64,000 nt of DNA from the human T2T-CHM13v2.0 reference genome, Homo sapiens. Positions 52,901 to 64,000 of this stretch are shown in pieces; the first letter of the stretch is position 1; each line of letters opens with the position of its first letter. The notes beneath the pieces were generated by a model. It was not told where the DNA came from. It did not search any database and saw nothing but the letters and a program-made list of their open reading frames with translations. A program made the translations under genes and the position numbers. Location: assembly GCF_009914755.1 (NCBI RefSeq), contig NC_060931.1. One strand, 5' to 3'.

Positions 52901-55900
52901 GACAGAATCATTCTCAGAAACTACTTTGTGATGTGTGCCTTCAACTCACAGAGTTTAACCTTTCTTTTCTTAGAGCAGTTTAGAAACACTCTGCTTGTTA
53001 TGTCTGCAAGTGGATATTTGGACCTCTTTGAGGCCTTCGTTGCAAACGGGGTTTCTTCCTTTCATGCTAGACTAAGAAGAGTTCTCAGTAACTTTTTTGT
53101 GTTGTGTGTATTCAACTCACAGAGTTGAACCTTGCTTTAGAGAGAGCAGATTTGAAACACTCTTGCTGTGGCATTTTCAGGTGGAGATTTCAAGCGATTT
53201 GAGGACAATTGCAGAAAAGGAAATATCTTCGTATAATAACCAGACAGAATCATTCTCAGAAAGTGCTTTGTGATGTGAGCGTTCAACTCACAGAGTTTAA
53301 CCTTTCTTTTCATAGAGGAGTTTGGAAACACACTGTTTGTAAAGACTGCAAGTGGATATATGGACCTGTTTGAGGCCTTCGTTGGAAACGGGATTTCTTC
53401 ATTGAATGCTAGACGGAAGAATTCTCAGTAAATTCTTTGTGTTGTGTGCATTCAACTCACAGAGTGGAACGTCCCTTTAGACAGAGCAGATTTGAAACAC
53501 TCTTTTTGCGGAATTTGCAAGTGGAGATTTCTAGCCATTTGATGCCAACAGTAGAAAGGGAAATATCTTCAAATAAAAACCAGACAGAATCATTCTCAGA
53601 AAATTCTTTGTGATGTGTGCGTTCAACTCACATAGTTTAACCTTTCTTTTCATAGAGCAGTTTGGAAACACTCTGTTTGTAAAGTCTGCAAGTGGATATA
53701 TGGACCGCATTGAGGCCTTCGTTGGAAACGGGATTTCTTCATTTCATGCTAGACAGAAGAATTCTCAGTAACTTCTTTGTGCTGTGTATTCAACTCACAG
53801 AGTACAACGTCCCTTTACACAGAGCAGATTTGAAACACTCTTTTTGTGGAGTTTGCAAGTGGAGATTTCAAGCGATTTTATGCCAACAGTAGAAAAGGAA
53901 ATATCTTCAAATAAAAACTAGACAGAATCATTCTCAGAAACTACTTTGTGATGTGTGCCTTCAACTCACAGAGTTTAACCTTTCTTTTCTTAGAGCAGCT
54001 TAGAAACACTCTGCTTGTTATGTCTGCAAGTGGATATTTGGACCTCTTTGAGGCCTTCGTTGCAAACGGGGTTTCTTCCTTTAATGCTAGACTAAGAAGA
54101 GTTCTCAGTAACTTTTTTGTGTTGTGTGTATTCAACTCACAGAGTTGAACCTTGCTTGAGAGAGAGCAGATTTGAAACACTCTCGCTGTGGCATTTTCAG
54201 GTGGAGATTTCAAGCGATTTGAGGACAATTGCAGAAAAGGAAATATCTTCGTATAATAACCAGACAGAATCATTCTCAGAAAGTGCTTTGTGATGTGTGC
54301 GTTCAACTCACAGAGTTTAACCTTTCTTTTCATAGAGGAGTTTGGAAACACACTGTTTGTAAAGTCTGCAATTGGATATATGGACCTGTTTGAGGCCTTC
54401 GTTGGAAACGGGATTTCTTCATTGAATGCTAGACGGAAGAATTCTCAGTAAATTCTTTGTGTTGTGTGCATTCAACTCACAGAGTGGAACGTCCCTTTAG
54501 ACAGAGCAGATTTGAAACACTCTTTTTGCGGAATTTGCAAGTGGAGATTTCTAGCCATTTGATGCCAACAGTAGAAAGGGAAATATCTTCAAATAAAAAC
54601 CAGACAGAATCATTCTCAGAAAATTCTTTGTGATGTGTGCGTTCAACTCACATAGTTTAACCTTTCTTTTCATAGAGCAGTTTGGAAACACTCTGTTTGT
54701 AAAGTCTGCAAGTGGATATATGGACCGCATTGAGGCCTTCGTTGGAAACGGGATTTCTTCATTTCATGCTAGACAGAAGAATTCTCAGTAACTTCTTTGT
54801 GCTGTGTGTATTCAACTCACAGAGTGGAACGTCCCTTTGCACAGAGCAGATTTGAAACACTCTTTTTGTGGAGTTTGCAAGTGGAGATTTCAAGCGATTT
54901 GATGCCAACAGTAGAAAAGGAAATATCTTCAAATAAAAACTAGACAGAATCATTCTCAGAAACTACTTTGTGATGTGTGCCTTCAACTCACAGAGTTTAA
55001 CCTTTCTTTTCTTAGAGCAGTTTAGAAACACTCTGCTTGTTATGTCTGCAAGTGGATATTTGGACCTCTTTGAGGCCTTCGTTGCAAACGGGGTTTCTTC
55101 CTTTAATGCTAGACTAAGAAGAGTTCTCAGTAACTTTTTTGTGTTGTGTGTATTCAACTCACAGAGTTGAACCTTGCTTTAGAGAGAGCAGATTTGAAAC
55201 ACTCTCGCTGTGGAATTTTCAGGTGGAGATTTCAAGCGATTTGAGGACAATTGCAGAAAAGGAAATATCTTCGTATAATAACCAGACAGAATCATTCTCA
55301 GAAAGTGCTTTGTGATGTGTGCGTTCAACTCACAGAGTTTAACCTTTCTTTTCATAGAGGAGTTTGGAAACACACTGTTTGTAAAGTCTGCAATTGGATA
55401 TATGGACCTGTTTGAGGCCTCCGTTGGAAACGGGATTTCTTCATTGAATGCTAGACGGAAGAATTCTCAGTAAATTCTTTGTGTTGTGTGCATTCAACTC
55501 ACAGAGTGGAACGTCCCTTTAGACAGAGCAGATTTGAAACACTCTTTTTGCGGAATTTGCAAGTGGAGATTTCTAGCCATTTGATGCCAACAGTAGAAAG
55601 GGAAATATCTTCAAATAAAAACCAGACAGAATCATTCTCAGAAAATTCTTTGTGATGTGTGCGTTCAACTCACATAGTTTAACCTTTCTTTTCATAGAGC
55701 AGTTTGGAAACACTCTGTTTGTAAAGTCTGCAAGTGGATATATGGACCGCATTGAGGCCTTCGTTGGAAACGGGATATCTTCATTTCATGCTAAACAGAA
55801 GAATTCTCAGTAACTTCTTTGTGCTGTGTGTATTCAACTCACAGAGTGGAACGTCCCTTTGCACAGAGCAGATTTGAAACACTCTTTTTGTGGAGTTTGC

Positions 55901-55991
55901 AAGTGGAGATTTCAAGCGATTTGATGCCAACAGTAGAAAACGAAGTATCTTCAAATAAAAACTAGACAGAATCATTCTCAGAAACTACTTT

Positions 55992-57355
55992 GTGATGTGT
56001 GCCTTCAACTCACAGAGTTTAACCTTTCTTTTCTTAGAGCAGCTTAGAAACACTCTGCTTGTTATGTCTGCAAGTTGATATTTGGACCTCTTTGAGGCCT
56101 TCGTTGCAAACGGGGTTTCTTCCTTTAATGCTAGACTAAGAAGAGTTCTCAGTAACTTTTTTGTGTTGTGTGTATTCAACTCACAGAGTTGAACCTTGCT
56201 TTAGAGAGAGCAGATTTGAAACACTCTTGCTGTGGCATTTTCAGGTGGAGATTTCAAGCGATTTGAGGACAATTGCAGAAAAGGAAATATCTTCGTATAA
56301 TAACCAGACAGAATCATTCTCAGAAAGTGCTTTGTGATGTGTGCCTTCAACTCACAGAGTTTAACCTTTCTTTTCTTAGAGCAGTTTAGAAACACTCTGC
56401 TTGTTATGTCTGCAAGTGGATATTTGGACCTCTTTGAGGCCTTCGTTGCAAACGGGGTTTCTTCCTTTCATGCTAGACTAAGAAGAGTTCTCAGTAACTT
56501 TTTTGTGTTGTGTGTATTCAACTCACAGAGTTGAACCTTGCTTTAGAGAGAGCAGATTTGAAACACTCTCGCTGTGGAATTTTCAGGTGGAGATTTCAAG
56601 CGATTTGAGGACAATTGCAGAAAAGGAAATATCTTCGTATAATAACCAGACAGAATCATTCTCAGAAAGTGCTTTGTGATGTGTGCGTTCAACTCACAGA
56701 GTTTAACCTTTCTTTTCATAGAGGAGTTTGGAAACACACTGTTTGTAAAGTCTGCAATTGGATATATGGACCTGTTTGAGGCCTCCGTTGGAAACGGGAT
56801 TTCTTCATTGAATGCTAGACGGAAGAATTCTCAGTAAATTCTTTGTGTTGTGTGCATTCAACTCACAGAGTGGAACGTCCCTTTAGACAGAGCAGATTTG
56901 AAACACTCTTTTTGCGGAATTTGCAAGTGGAGATTTCTAGCCATTTGATGTCAACAGTAGAAAGGGAAATATCTTCAAATAAAAACCAGACAGAATCATT
57001 CTCAGAAAATTCTTTGTGATGTGTGCGTTCAACTCACATAGTTTAACCTTTCTTTTCATAGAGCAGTTTGGAAACACTCTGTTTGTAAAGTCTGCAAGTG
57101 GATATATGGACCGCATTGAGACCTTCGTTGGAAACGGGATATCTTCATTTCATGCTAAACAGAAGAATTCTCAGTAACTTCTTTGTGCTGTGTGTATTCA
57201 ACTCACAGAGTGGAACGTCCCTTTGCACAGAGCAGATTTGAAACACTCTTTTTGTGGAGTTTGCAAGTGGAGATTTCAAGCGATTTGATGCCAACAGTAG
57301 AAAACGAAGTATCTTCAAATAAAAACTAGACAGAATCATTCTCAGAAACTACTTT
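55992..57355 (+). repeat. 8-mer HOR variant (1364 bp); junction ~56330-56344
   Basis: GAAAGTGCTTTGTGATGTGTGCCTTC: the box-A monomer start switches to the box-C monomer (GTGCC...TTCTTAGAGCAGTTTAG); anchor spacing 342 bp. Confidence 0.93.
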
Positions 57356-60300
57356 GTGATGTGTGCCTTCAACTCACAGAGTTTAACCTTTCTTTTCTTA
57401 GAGCAGCTTAGAAACACTCTGCTTGTTATGTCTGCAAGTTGATATTTGGACCTCTTTGAGGCCTTCGTTGCAAACGGGGTTTCTTCCTTTAATGCTAGAC
57501 TAAGAAGAGTTCTCAGTAACTTTTTTGTGTTGTGTGTATTCAACTCACAGAGTTGAACCTTGCTTTAGAGAGAGCAGATTTGAAACACTCTCGCTGTGGC
57601 ATTTTCAGGTGGAGATTTCAAGCGATTTGAGGACAATTGCAGAAAAGGAAATATCTTCGTATAATAACCAGACAGAATCATTCTCAGAAAGTGCTTTGTG
57701 ATGTGTGCGTTCAACTCACAGAGTTTAACCATTCTTTTCATAGAGGAGCTTGGAAACACACTGTTTGTAAAGTCTGCAATTGGATATATGGACCTGTTTG
57801 AGGCCTCCGTTGGAAACGGGATTTCTTCATTGAATGCTAGACGGAAGAATTCTCAGTAAATTCTTTGTGTTGTGTGCATTGAACTCACAGAGTGGAACGT
57901 CCCTTTAGACAGAGCAGATTTGAAACACTCTTTTTGCGGAATTTGCAAGTGGAGATTTCTAGCCATTTGATGTCAACAGTAGAAAGGGAAATATCTTCAA
58001 ATAAAAACCAGACAGAATCATTCTCAGAAAATTCTTTGTGATGTGTGCGTTCAACTCACATAGTTTAACCTTTCTTTTCATAGAGCAGTTTGGAAACACT
58101 CTGTTTGTAAAGTCTGCAAGTGGATATATGGACCGCATTGAGGCCTTCGTTGGAAACGGGATTTCTTCATTTCATGCTAGACAGAAGAATTCTCAGTAAC
58201 TTCTTTGTGCTGTGTGTATTCAACTCACAGAGTGGAACGTCCCTTTGCACAGAGCAGATTTGAAACACTCTTTTTGTGGAGTTTGCAAGTGGAGATTTCA
58301 AGCGATTTGATGCCAACAGTAGAAAAGGAAATATCTTCAAATAAAAACTAGACAGAATCATTCTCAGAAACTACTTTGTGATGTGTGCCTTCAACTCACA
58401 GAGTTTAACCTTTCTTTTCTTAGAGCAGTTTAGAAACACTCTGCTTGTTATGTCTGCAAGTGGATATTTGGACCTCTTTGAGGCCTTCGTTGCAAACGGG
58501 GTTTCTTCCTTTCATGCTAGACTAAGAAGAGTTCTCAGTAACTTTTTTGTGTTGTGTGTATTCAACTCACAGAGTTGAACCTTGCTTTAGAGAGAGCAGA
58601 TTTGAAACACTCTTGCTGTGGCATTTTCAGGTGGAGATTTCAAGCGATTTGAGGACAATTGCAGAAAAGGAAATATCTTCGTATAATAACCAGACAGAAT
58701 CATTCTCAGAAAGTGCTTTGTGATGTGAGCGTTCAACTCACAGAGTTTAACCTTTCTTTTCATAGAGGAGTTTGGAAACACACTGTTTGTAAAGACTGCA
58801 AGTGGATATATGGACCTGTTTGAGGCCTTCGTTGGAAACGGGATTTCTTCATTGAATGCTAGACGGAAGAATTCTCAGTAAATTCTTTGTGTTGTGTGCA
58901 TTCAACTCACAGAGTGGAACGTCCCTTTAGACAGAGCAGATTTGAAACACTCTTTTTGCGGAATTTGCAAGTGGAGATTTCTAGCCATTTGATGCCAACA
59001 GTAGAAAGGGAAATATCTTCAAATAAAAACCAGACAGAATCATTCTCAGAAAATTCTTTGTGATGTGTGCGTTCAACTCACATAGTTTAACCTTTCTTTT
59101 CATAGAGCAGTTTGGAAACACTCTGTTTGTAAAGTCTGCAAGTGGATATATGGACCGCATTGAGGCCTTCGTTGGAAACGGGATTTCTTCATTTCATGCT
59201 AGACAGAAGAATTCTCAGTAACTTCTTTGTGCTGTGTATTCAACTCACAGAGTACAACGTCCCTTTACACAGAGCAGATTTGAAACACTCTTTTTGTGGA
59301 GTTTGCAAGTGGAGATTTCAAGCGATTTTATGCCAACAGTAGAAAAGGAAATATCTTCAAATAAAAACTAGACAGAATCATTCTCAGAAACTACTTTGTG
59401 ATGTGTGCCTTCAACTCACAGAGTTTAACCTTTCTTTTCTTAGAGCAGCTTAGAAACACTCTGCTTGTTATGTCTGCAAGTGGATATTTGGACCTCTTTG
59501 AGGCCTTCGTTGCAAACGGGGTTTCTTCCTTTAATGCTAGACTAAGAAGAGTTCTCAGTAACTTTTTTGTGTTGTGTGTATTCAACTCACAGAGTTGAAC
59601 CTTGCTTGAGAGAGAGCAGATTTGAAACACTCTCGCTGTGGCATTTTCAGGTGGAGATTTCAAGCGATTTGAGGACAATTGCAGAAAAGGAAATATCTTC
59701 GTATAATAACCAGACAGAATCATTCTCAGAAAGTGCTTTGTGATGTGTGCGTTCAACTCACAGAGTTTAACCTTTCTTTTCATAGAGGAGTTTGGAAACA
59801 CACTGTTTGTAAAGTCTGCAATTGGATATATGGACCTGTTTGAGGCCTTCGTTGGAAACGGGATTTCTTCATTGAATGCTAGACGGAAGAATTCTCAGTA
59901 AATTCTTTGTGTTGTGTGCATTCAACTCACAGAGTGGAACGTCCCTTTAGACAGAGCAGATTTGAAACACTCTTTTTGCGGAATTTGCAAGTGGAGATTT
60001 CTAGCCATTTGATGCCAACAGTAGAAAGGGAAATATCTTCAAATAAAAACCAGACAGAATCATTCTCAGAAAATTCTTTGTGATGTGTGCGTTCAACTCA
60101 CATAGTTTAACCTTTCTTTTCATAGAGCAGTTTGGAAACACTCTGTTTGTAAAGTCTGCAAGTGGATATATGGACCGCATTGAGGCCTTCGTTGGAAACG
60201 GGATTTCTTCATTTCATGCTAGACAGAAGAATTCTCAGTAACTTCTTTGTGCTGTGTGTATTCAACTCACAGAGTGGAACGTCCCTTTGCACAGAGCAGA

Positions 60301-61441
60301 TTTGAAACACTCTTTTTGTGGAGTTTGCAAGTGGAGATTTCAAGCGATTTGATGCCAACAGTAGAAAAGGAAATATCTTCAAATAAAAACTAGACAGAAT
60401 CATTCTCAGAAACTACTTTGTGATGTGTGCCTTCAACTCACAGAGTTTAACCTTTCTTTTCTTAGAGCAGTTTAGAAACACTCTGCTTGTTATGTCTGCA
60501 AGTGGATATTTGGACCTCTTTGAGGCCTTCGTTGCAAACGGGGTTTCTTCCTTTAATGCTAGACTAAGAAGAGTTCTCAGTAACTTTTTTGTGTTGTGTG
60601 TATTCAACTCACAGAGTTGAACCTTGCTTTAGAGAGAGCAGATTTGAAACACTCTCGCTGTGGAATTTTCAGGTGGAGATTTCAAGCGATTTGAGGACAA
60701 TTGCAGAAAAGGAAATATCTTCGTATAATAACCAGACAGAATCATTCTCAGAAAGTGCTTTGTGATGTGTGCGTTCAACTCACAGAGTTTAACCTTTCTT
60801 TTCATAGAGGAGTTTGGAAACACACTGTTTGTAAAGTCTGCAATTGGATATATGGACCTGTTTGAGGCCTCCGTTGGAAACGGGATTTCTTCATTGAATG
60901 CTAGACGGAAGAATTCTCAGTAAATTCTTTGTGTTGTGTGCATTCAACTCACAGAGTGGAACGTCCCTTTAGACAGAGCAGATTTGAAACACTCTTTTTG
61001 CGGAATTTGCAAGTGGAGATTTCTAGCCATTTGATGCCAACAGTAGAAAGGGAAATATCTTCAAATAAAAACCAGACAGAATCATTCTCAGAAAATTCTT
61101 TGTGATGTGTGCGTTCAACTCACATAGTTTAACCTTTCTTTTCATAGAGCAGTTTGGAAACACTCTGTTTGTAAAGTCTGCAAGTGGATATATGGACCGC
61201 ATTGAGGCCTTCGTTGGAAACGGGATATCTTCATTTCATGCTAAACAGAAGAATTCTCAGTAACTTCTTTGTGCTGTGTGTATTCAACTCACAGAGTGGA
61301 ACGTCCCTTTGCACAGAGCAGATTTGAAACACTCTTTTTGTGGAGTTTGCAAGTGGAGATTTCAAGCGATTTGATGCCAACAGTAGAAAACGAAGTATCT
61401 TCAAATAAAAACTAGACAGAATCATTCTCAGAAACTACTTT

Positions 61442-62805
61442 GTGATGTGTGCCTTCAACTCACAGAGTTTAACCTTTCTTTTCTTAGAGCAGCTTAGAAA
61501 CACTCTGCTTGTTATGTCTGCAAGTTGATATTTGGACCTCTTTGAGGCCTTCGTTGCAAACGGGGTTTCTTCCTTTAATGCTAGACTAAGAAGAGTTCTC
61601 AGTAACTTTTTTGTGTTGTGTGTATTCAACTCACAGAGTTGAACCTTGCTTTAGAGAGAGCAGATTTGAAACACTCTTGCTGTGGCATTTTCAGGTGGAG
61701 ATTTCAAGCGATTTGAGGACAATTGCAGAAAAGGAAATATCTTCGTATAATAACCAGACAGAATCATTCTCAGAAAGTGCTTTGTGATGTGTGCCTTCAA
61801 CTCACAGAGTTTAACCTTTCTTTTCTTAGAGCAGTTTAGAAACACTCTGCTTGTTATGTCTGCAAGTGGATATTTGGACCTCTTTGAGGCCTTCGTTGCA
61901 AACGGGGTTTCTTCCTTTCATGCTAGACTAAGAAGAGTTCTCAGTAACTTTTTTGTGTTGTGTGTATTCAACTCACAGAGTTGAACCTTGCTTTAGAGAG
62001 AGCAGATTTGAAACACTCTCGCTGTGGAATTTTCAGGTGGAGATTTCAAGCGATTTGAGGACAATTGCAGAAAAGGAAATATCTTCGTATAATAACCAGA
62101 CAGAATCATTCTCAGAAAGTGCTTTGTGATGTGTGCGTTCAACTCACAGAGTTTAACCTTTCTTTTCATAGAGGAGTTTGGAAACACACTGTTTGTAAAG
62201 TCTGCAATTGGATATATGGACCTGTTTGAGGCCTCCGTTGGAAACGGGATTTCTTCATTGAATGCTAGACGGAAGAATTCTCAGTAAATTCTTTGTGTTG
62301 TGTGCATTCAACTCACAGAGTGGAACGTCCCTTTAGACAGAGCAGATTTGAAACACTCTTTTTGCGGAATTTGCAAGTGGAGATTTCTAGCCATTTGATG
62401 TCAACAGTAGAAAGGGAAATATCTTCAAATAAAAACCAGACAGAATCATTCTCAGAAAATTCTTTGTGATGTGTGCGTTCAACTCACATAGTTTAACCTT
62501 TCTTTTCATAGAGCAGTTTGGAAACACTCTGTTTGTAAAGTCTGCAAGTGGATATATGGACCGCATTGAGACCTTCGTTGGAAACGGGATATCTTCATTT
62601 CATGCTAAACAGAAGAATTCTCAGTAACTTCTTTGTGCTGTGTGTATTCAACTCACAGAGTGGAACGTCCCTTTGCACAGAGCAGATTTGAAACACTCTT
62701 TTTGTGGAGTTTGCAAGTGGAGATTTCAAGCGATTTGATGCCAACAGTAGAAAACGAAGTATCTTCAAATAAAAACTAGACAGAATCATTCTCAGAAACT
62801 ACTTT
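61442..62805 (+). repeat. Second copy of the 8-mer HOR variant; junction ~61780-61794
   Basis: Same junction as at 56.33 kb, 5450 bp downstream. Confidence 0.93.
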
Positions 62806-64000
62806 GTGATGTGTGCCTTCAACTCACAGAGTTTAACCTTTCTTTTCTTAGAGCAGCTTAGAAACACTCTGCTTGTTATGTCTGCAAGTTGATATTTGGA
62901 CCTCTTTGAGGCCTTCGTTGCAAACGGGGTTTCTTCCTTTAATGCTAGACTAAGAAGTGTTCTCAGTAACTTTTTTGTGTTGTGTGTATTCAACTCACAG
63001 AGTTGAACCTTGCTTTAGAGAGAGCAGATTTGAAACACTCTTGCTGTGGCATTTTCAGGTGGAGATTTCAAGCGATTTGAGGACAATTGCAGAAAAGGAA
63101 ATATCTTCGTATAATAACCAGACAGAATCATTCTCAGAAAGTGCTTTGTGATGTGTGCGTTCAACTCACAGAGTTTAACCTTTCTTTTCATAGAGGAGTT
63201 TGGAAACACACTGTTTGTAATGTCTGCAATTGGATATATGGACCTGTTTGAGGCCTTCGTTGGAAACGGGATTTCTTCATTGAATGCTAGACGGAAGAAT
63301 TCTCAGTAAATTCTTTGTGTTGTGTGCATTGAACTCACAGAGTGGAACGTCCCTTTAGACAGAGCAGATTTGAAACACTTTTTGGCGGAATTTGCAAGTG
63401 GAGATTTCTAGCCATTTGATGCCAACAGTAGAAAGGGAAATATCTTCAAATAAAAACCAGACAGAATCATTCTCAGAAAATTCTTTGTGATGTGTGCGTT
63501 CAACTCACATAGTTTAACCTTTCTTTTCATAGAGCAGTTTGGAAACACTCTGTTTGTAAAGTCTGCTAGTGGATATATGGACCGCATTGAGGCCTTCGTT
63601 GGAAACGGGATTTCTTCATTTCATGCTAGACAGAAGAATTCTCAGTAACTTCTTTGTGCTGTGTGTATTCAACTCACAGAGTGGAACGTCCCTTTACACA
63701 GAGCAGATTTGAAACACTCTTTTTGTGGAGTTTGCAAGTGGAGATTTCAAGCGATTTGATGCCAACAGTAGAAAAGGAAATATCTTCAAATAAAAACTAG
63801 ACAGAATCATTCTCAGAAACTACTTTGTGATGTGTGCCTTCAACTCACAGAGTTTAACCTTTCTTTTCTTAGAGCAGTTTAGAAACACTCTGCTTGTTAT
63901 GTCTGCAAGTGGATATTTGGACCTCTTTGAGGCCTTCGTTGCAAACGGGGTTTCTTCCTTTAATGCTAGACTAAGAAGAGTTCTCAGTAACTTTTTTGTG

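Larger units (their letters stand above)
51991..62957 (+). repeat. Tandem 5450-bp duplication (4 HOR, one with a 2-bp deletion, plus an 8-mer)
   Basis: ORF pairs 52115/57565, 53692/59142, 53941/59391, 56334/61784 and 57145/62595 are all 5450 bp apart. Flanking mismatches are at 51990/57440 and 57508/62958. Confidence 0.94.
1..64000 (+). repeat. D7Z1: Alpha-satellite HOR array, 6-mer (1022 bp), suprachromosomal family 1; most likely human chr7 active centromeric array D7Z1 (S1C7H1L)
   Basis: Typical alphoid motifs (CATTCTCAGAAA, TTCAACTCACAGAG, TTTGAAACACTCT) recur every ~170 bp. The ORF track repeats at 1022-bp steps (807, 1829, 2851, 3873...). CENP-B boxes lie in alternate monomers. Two EcoRI sites per HOR (third is GAGTTC) predict 340+682-bp fragments, as known for D7Z1. 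From memory (unverified), AGCGATTTGAGGACAATTGC and GCTGTGGCATTTTCAGGTGG match chr7-specific alphoid primers. Alpha-satellite identity is certain; the chromosome assignment is less so. Confidence 0.9.

Noticed and set aside
53941-54351. 136-aa ORF (copy at 59391-59801) and 106-aa ORF at 17023-17343
   Set aside because: The first arises from a T>G change (~54158) removing a minus-strand stop; the second from the 8-mer junction. Both are chance fusions of repeat ORFs.
596-63209. Over 200 ORFs of 62-81 aa repeating every 1022 bp
   Set aside because: They are translations of satellite DNA on both strands, many with non-ATG starts, no recognisable domain, and are gained or lost through single variants. 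There is no evidence of coding.
1-64000. CRISPR-like regular repeats (CENP-B box or CATTCTCAG motifs with 'spacers')
   Set aside because: The intervening sequences are themselves repeated monomers rather than unique spacers, and there are no cas genes or leader.
1-64000. Transposon insertion, inversion or foreign sequence hidden in the array
   Set aside because: Every anchor interval is 1020-1022, 682 or 342 bp and all monomers are in the same orientation, leaving no room for an insert. No poly(A) tails or target-site duplications were seen.
1-64000. Assignment to the other SF1 hexamer array (D1Z7/D5Z2/D19Z3)
   Set aside because: Diagnostic strings (GAGGACAATTGCAG, GATGCCAACAGTAG, GTGGAACGTCCC) and the 340+682-bp EcoRI pattern fit D7Z1 better as I recall it. 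Not formally excluded without an HMM or BLAST search.

Overview
The whole 64 kb window is primate, almost certainly human, centromeric alpha-satellite DNA. It holds about 375 head-to-tail ~171-bp monomers in one orientation, arranged as a very homogeneous 1022-bp 6-monomer higher-order repeat (HOR) of three dimers (340+340+342 bp). A CENP-B box sits in every second monomer (suprachromosomal family 1, J1/J2 dimeric type). The best match is the active chromosome 7 array D7Z1 (S1C7H1L); this rests on recalled sequence and EcoRI pattern, not on a search. I found no genes, RNA genes, transposon insertions, inversions or CRISPR arrays, and the ORF track is a repeat artefact. I did not find a new protein-coding system. 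What is of interest is the array's internal history, read from rare variants: four 4-mer and three 8-mer HOR variants from five distinct junctions; nested multi-HOR duplications (1364, 2726, 3066, 5450, 6132 and 7836 bp); a haplotype recurring 54,165 bp apart; a probable expansion-then-contraction scar; and a CENP-B-box-disrupting T>C variant in about half of the copies of one box. All counts were made by eye and need confirmation by alignment.
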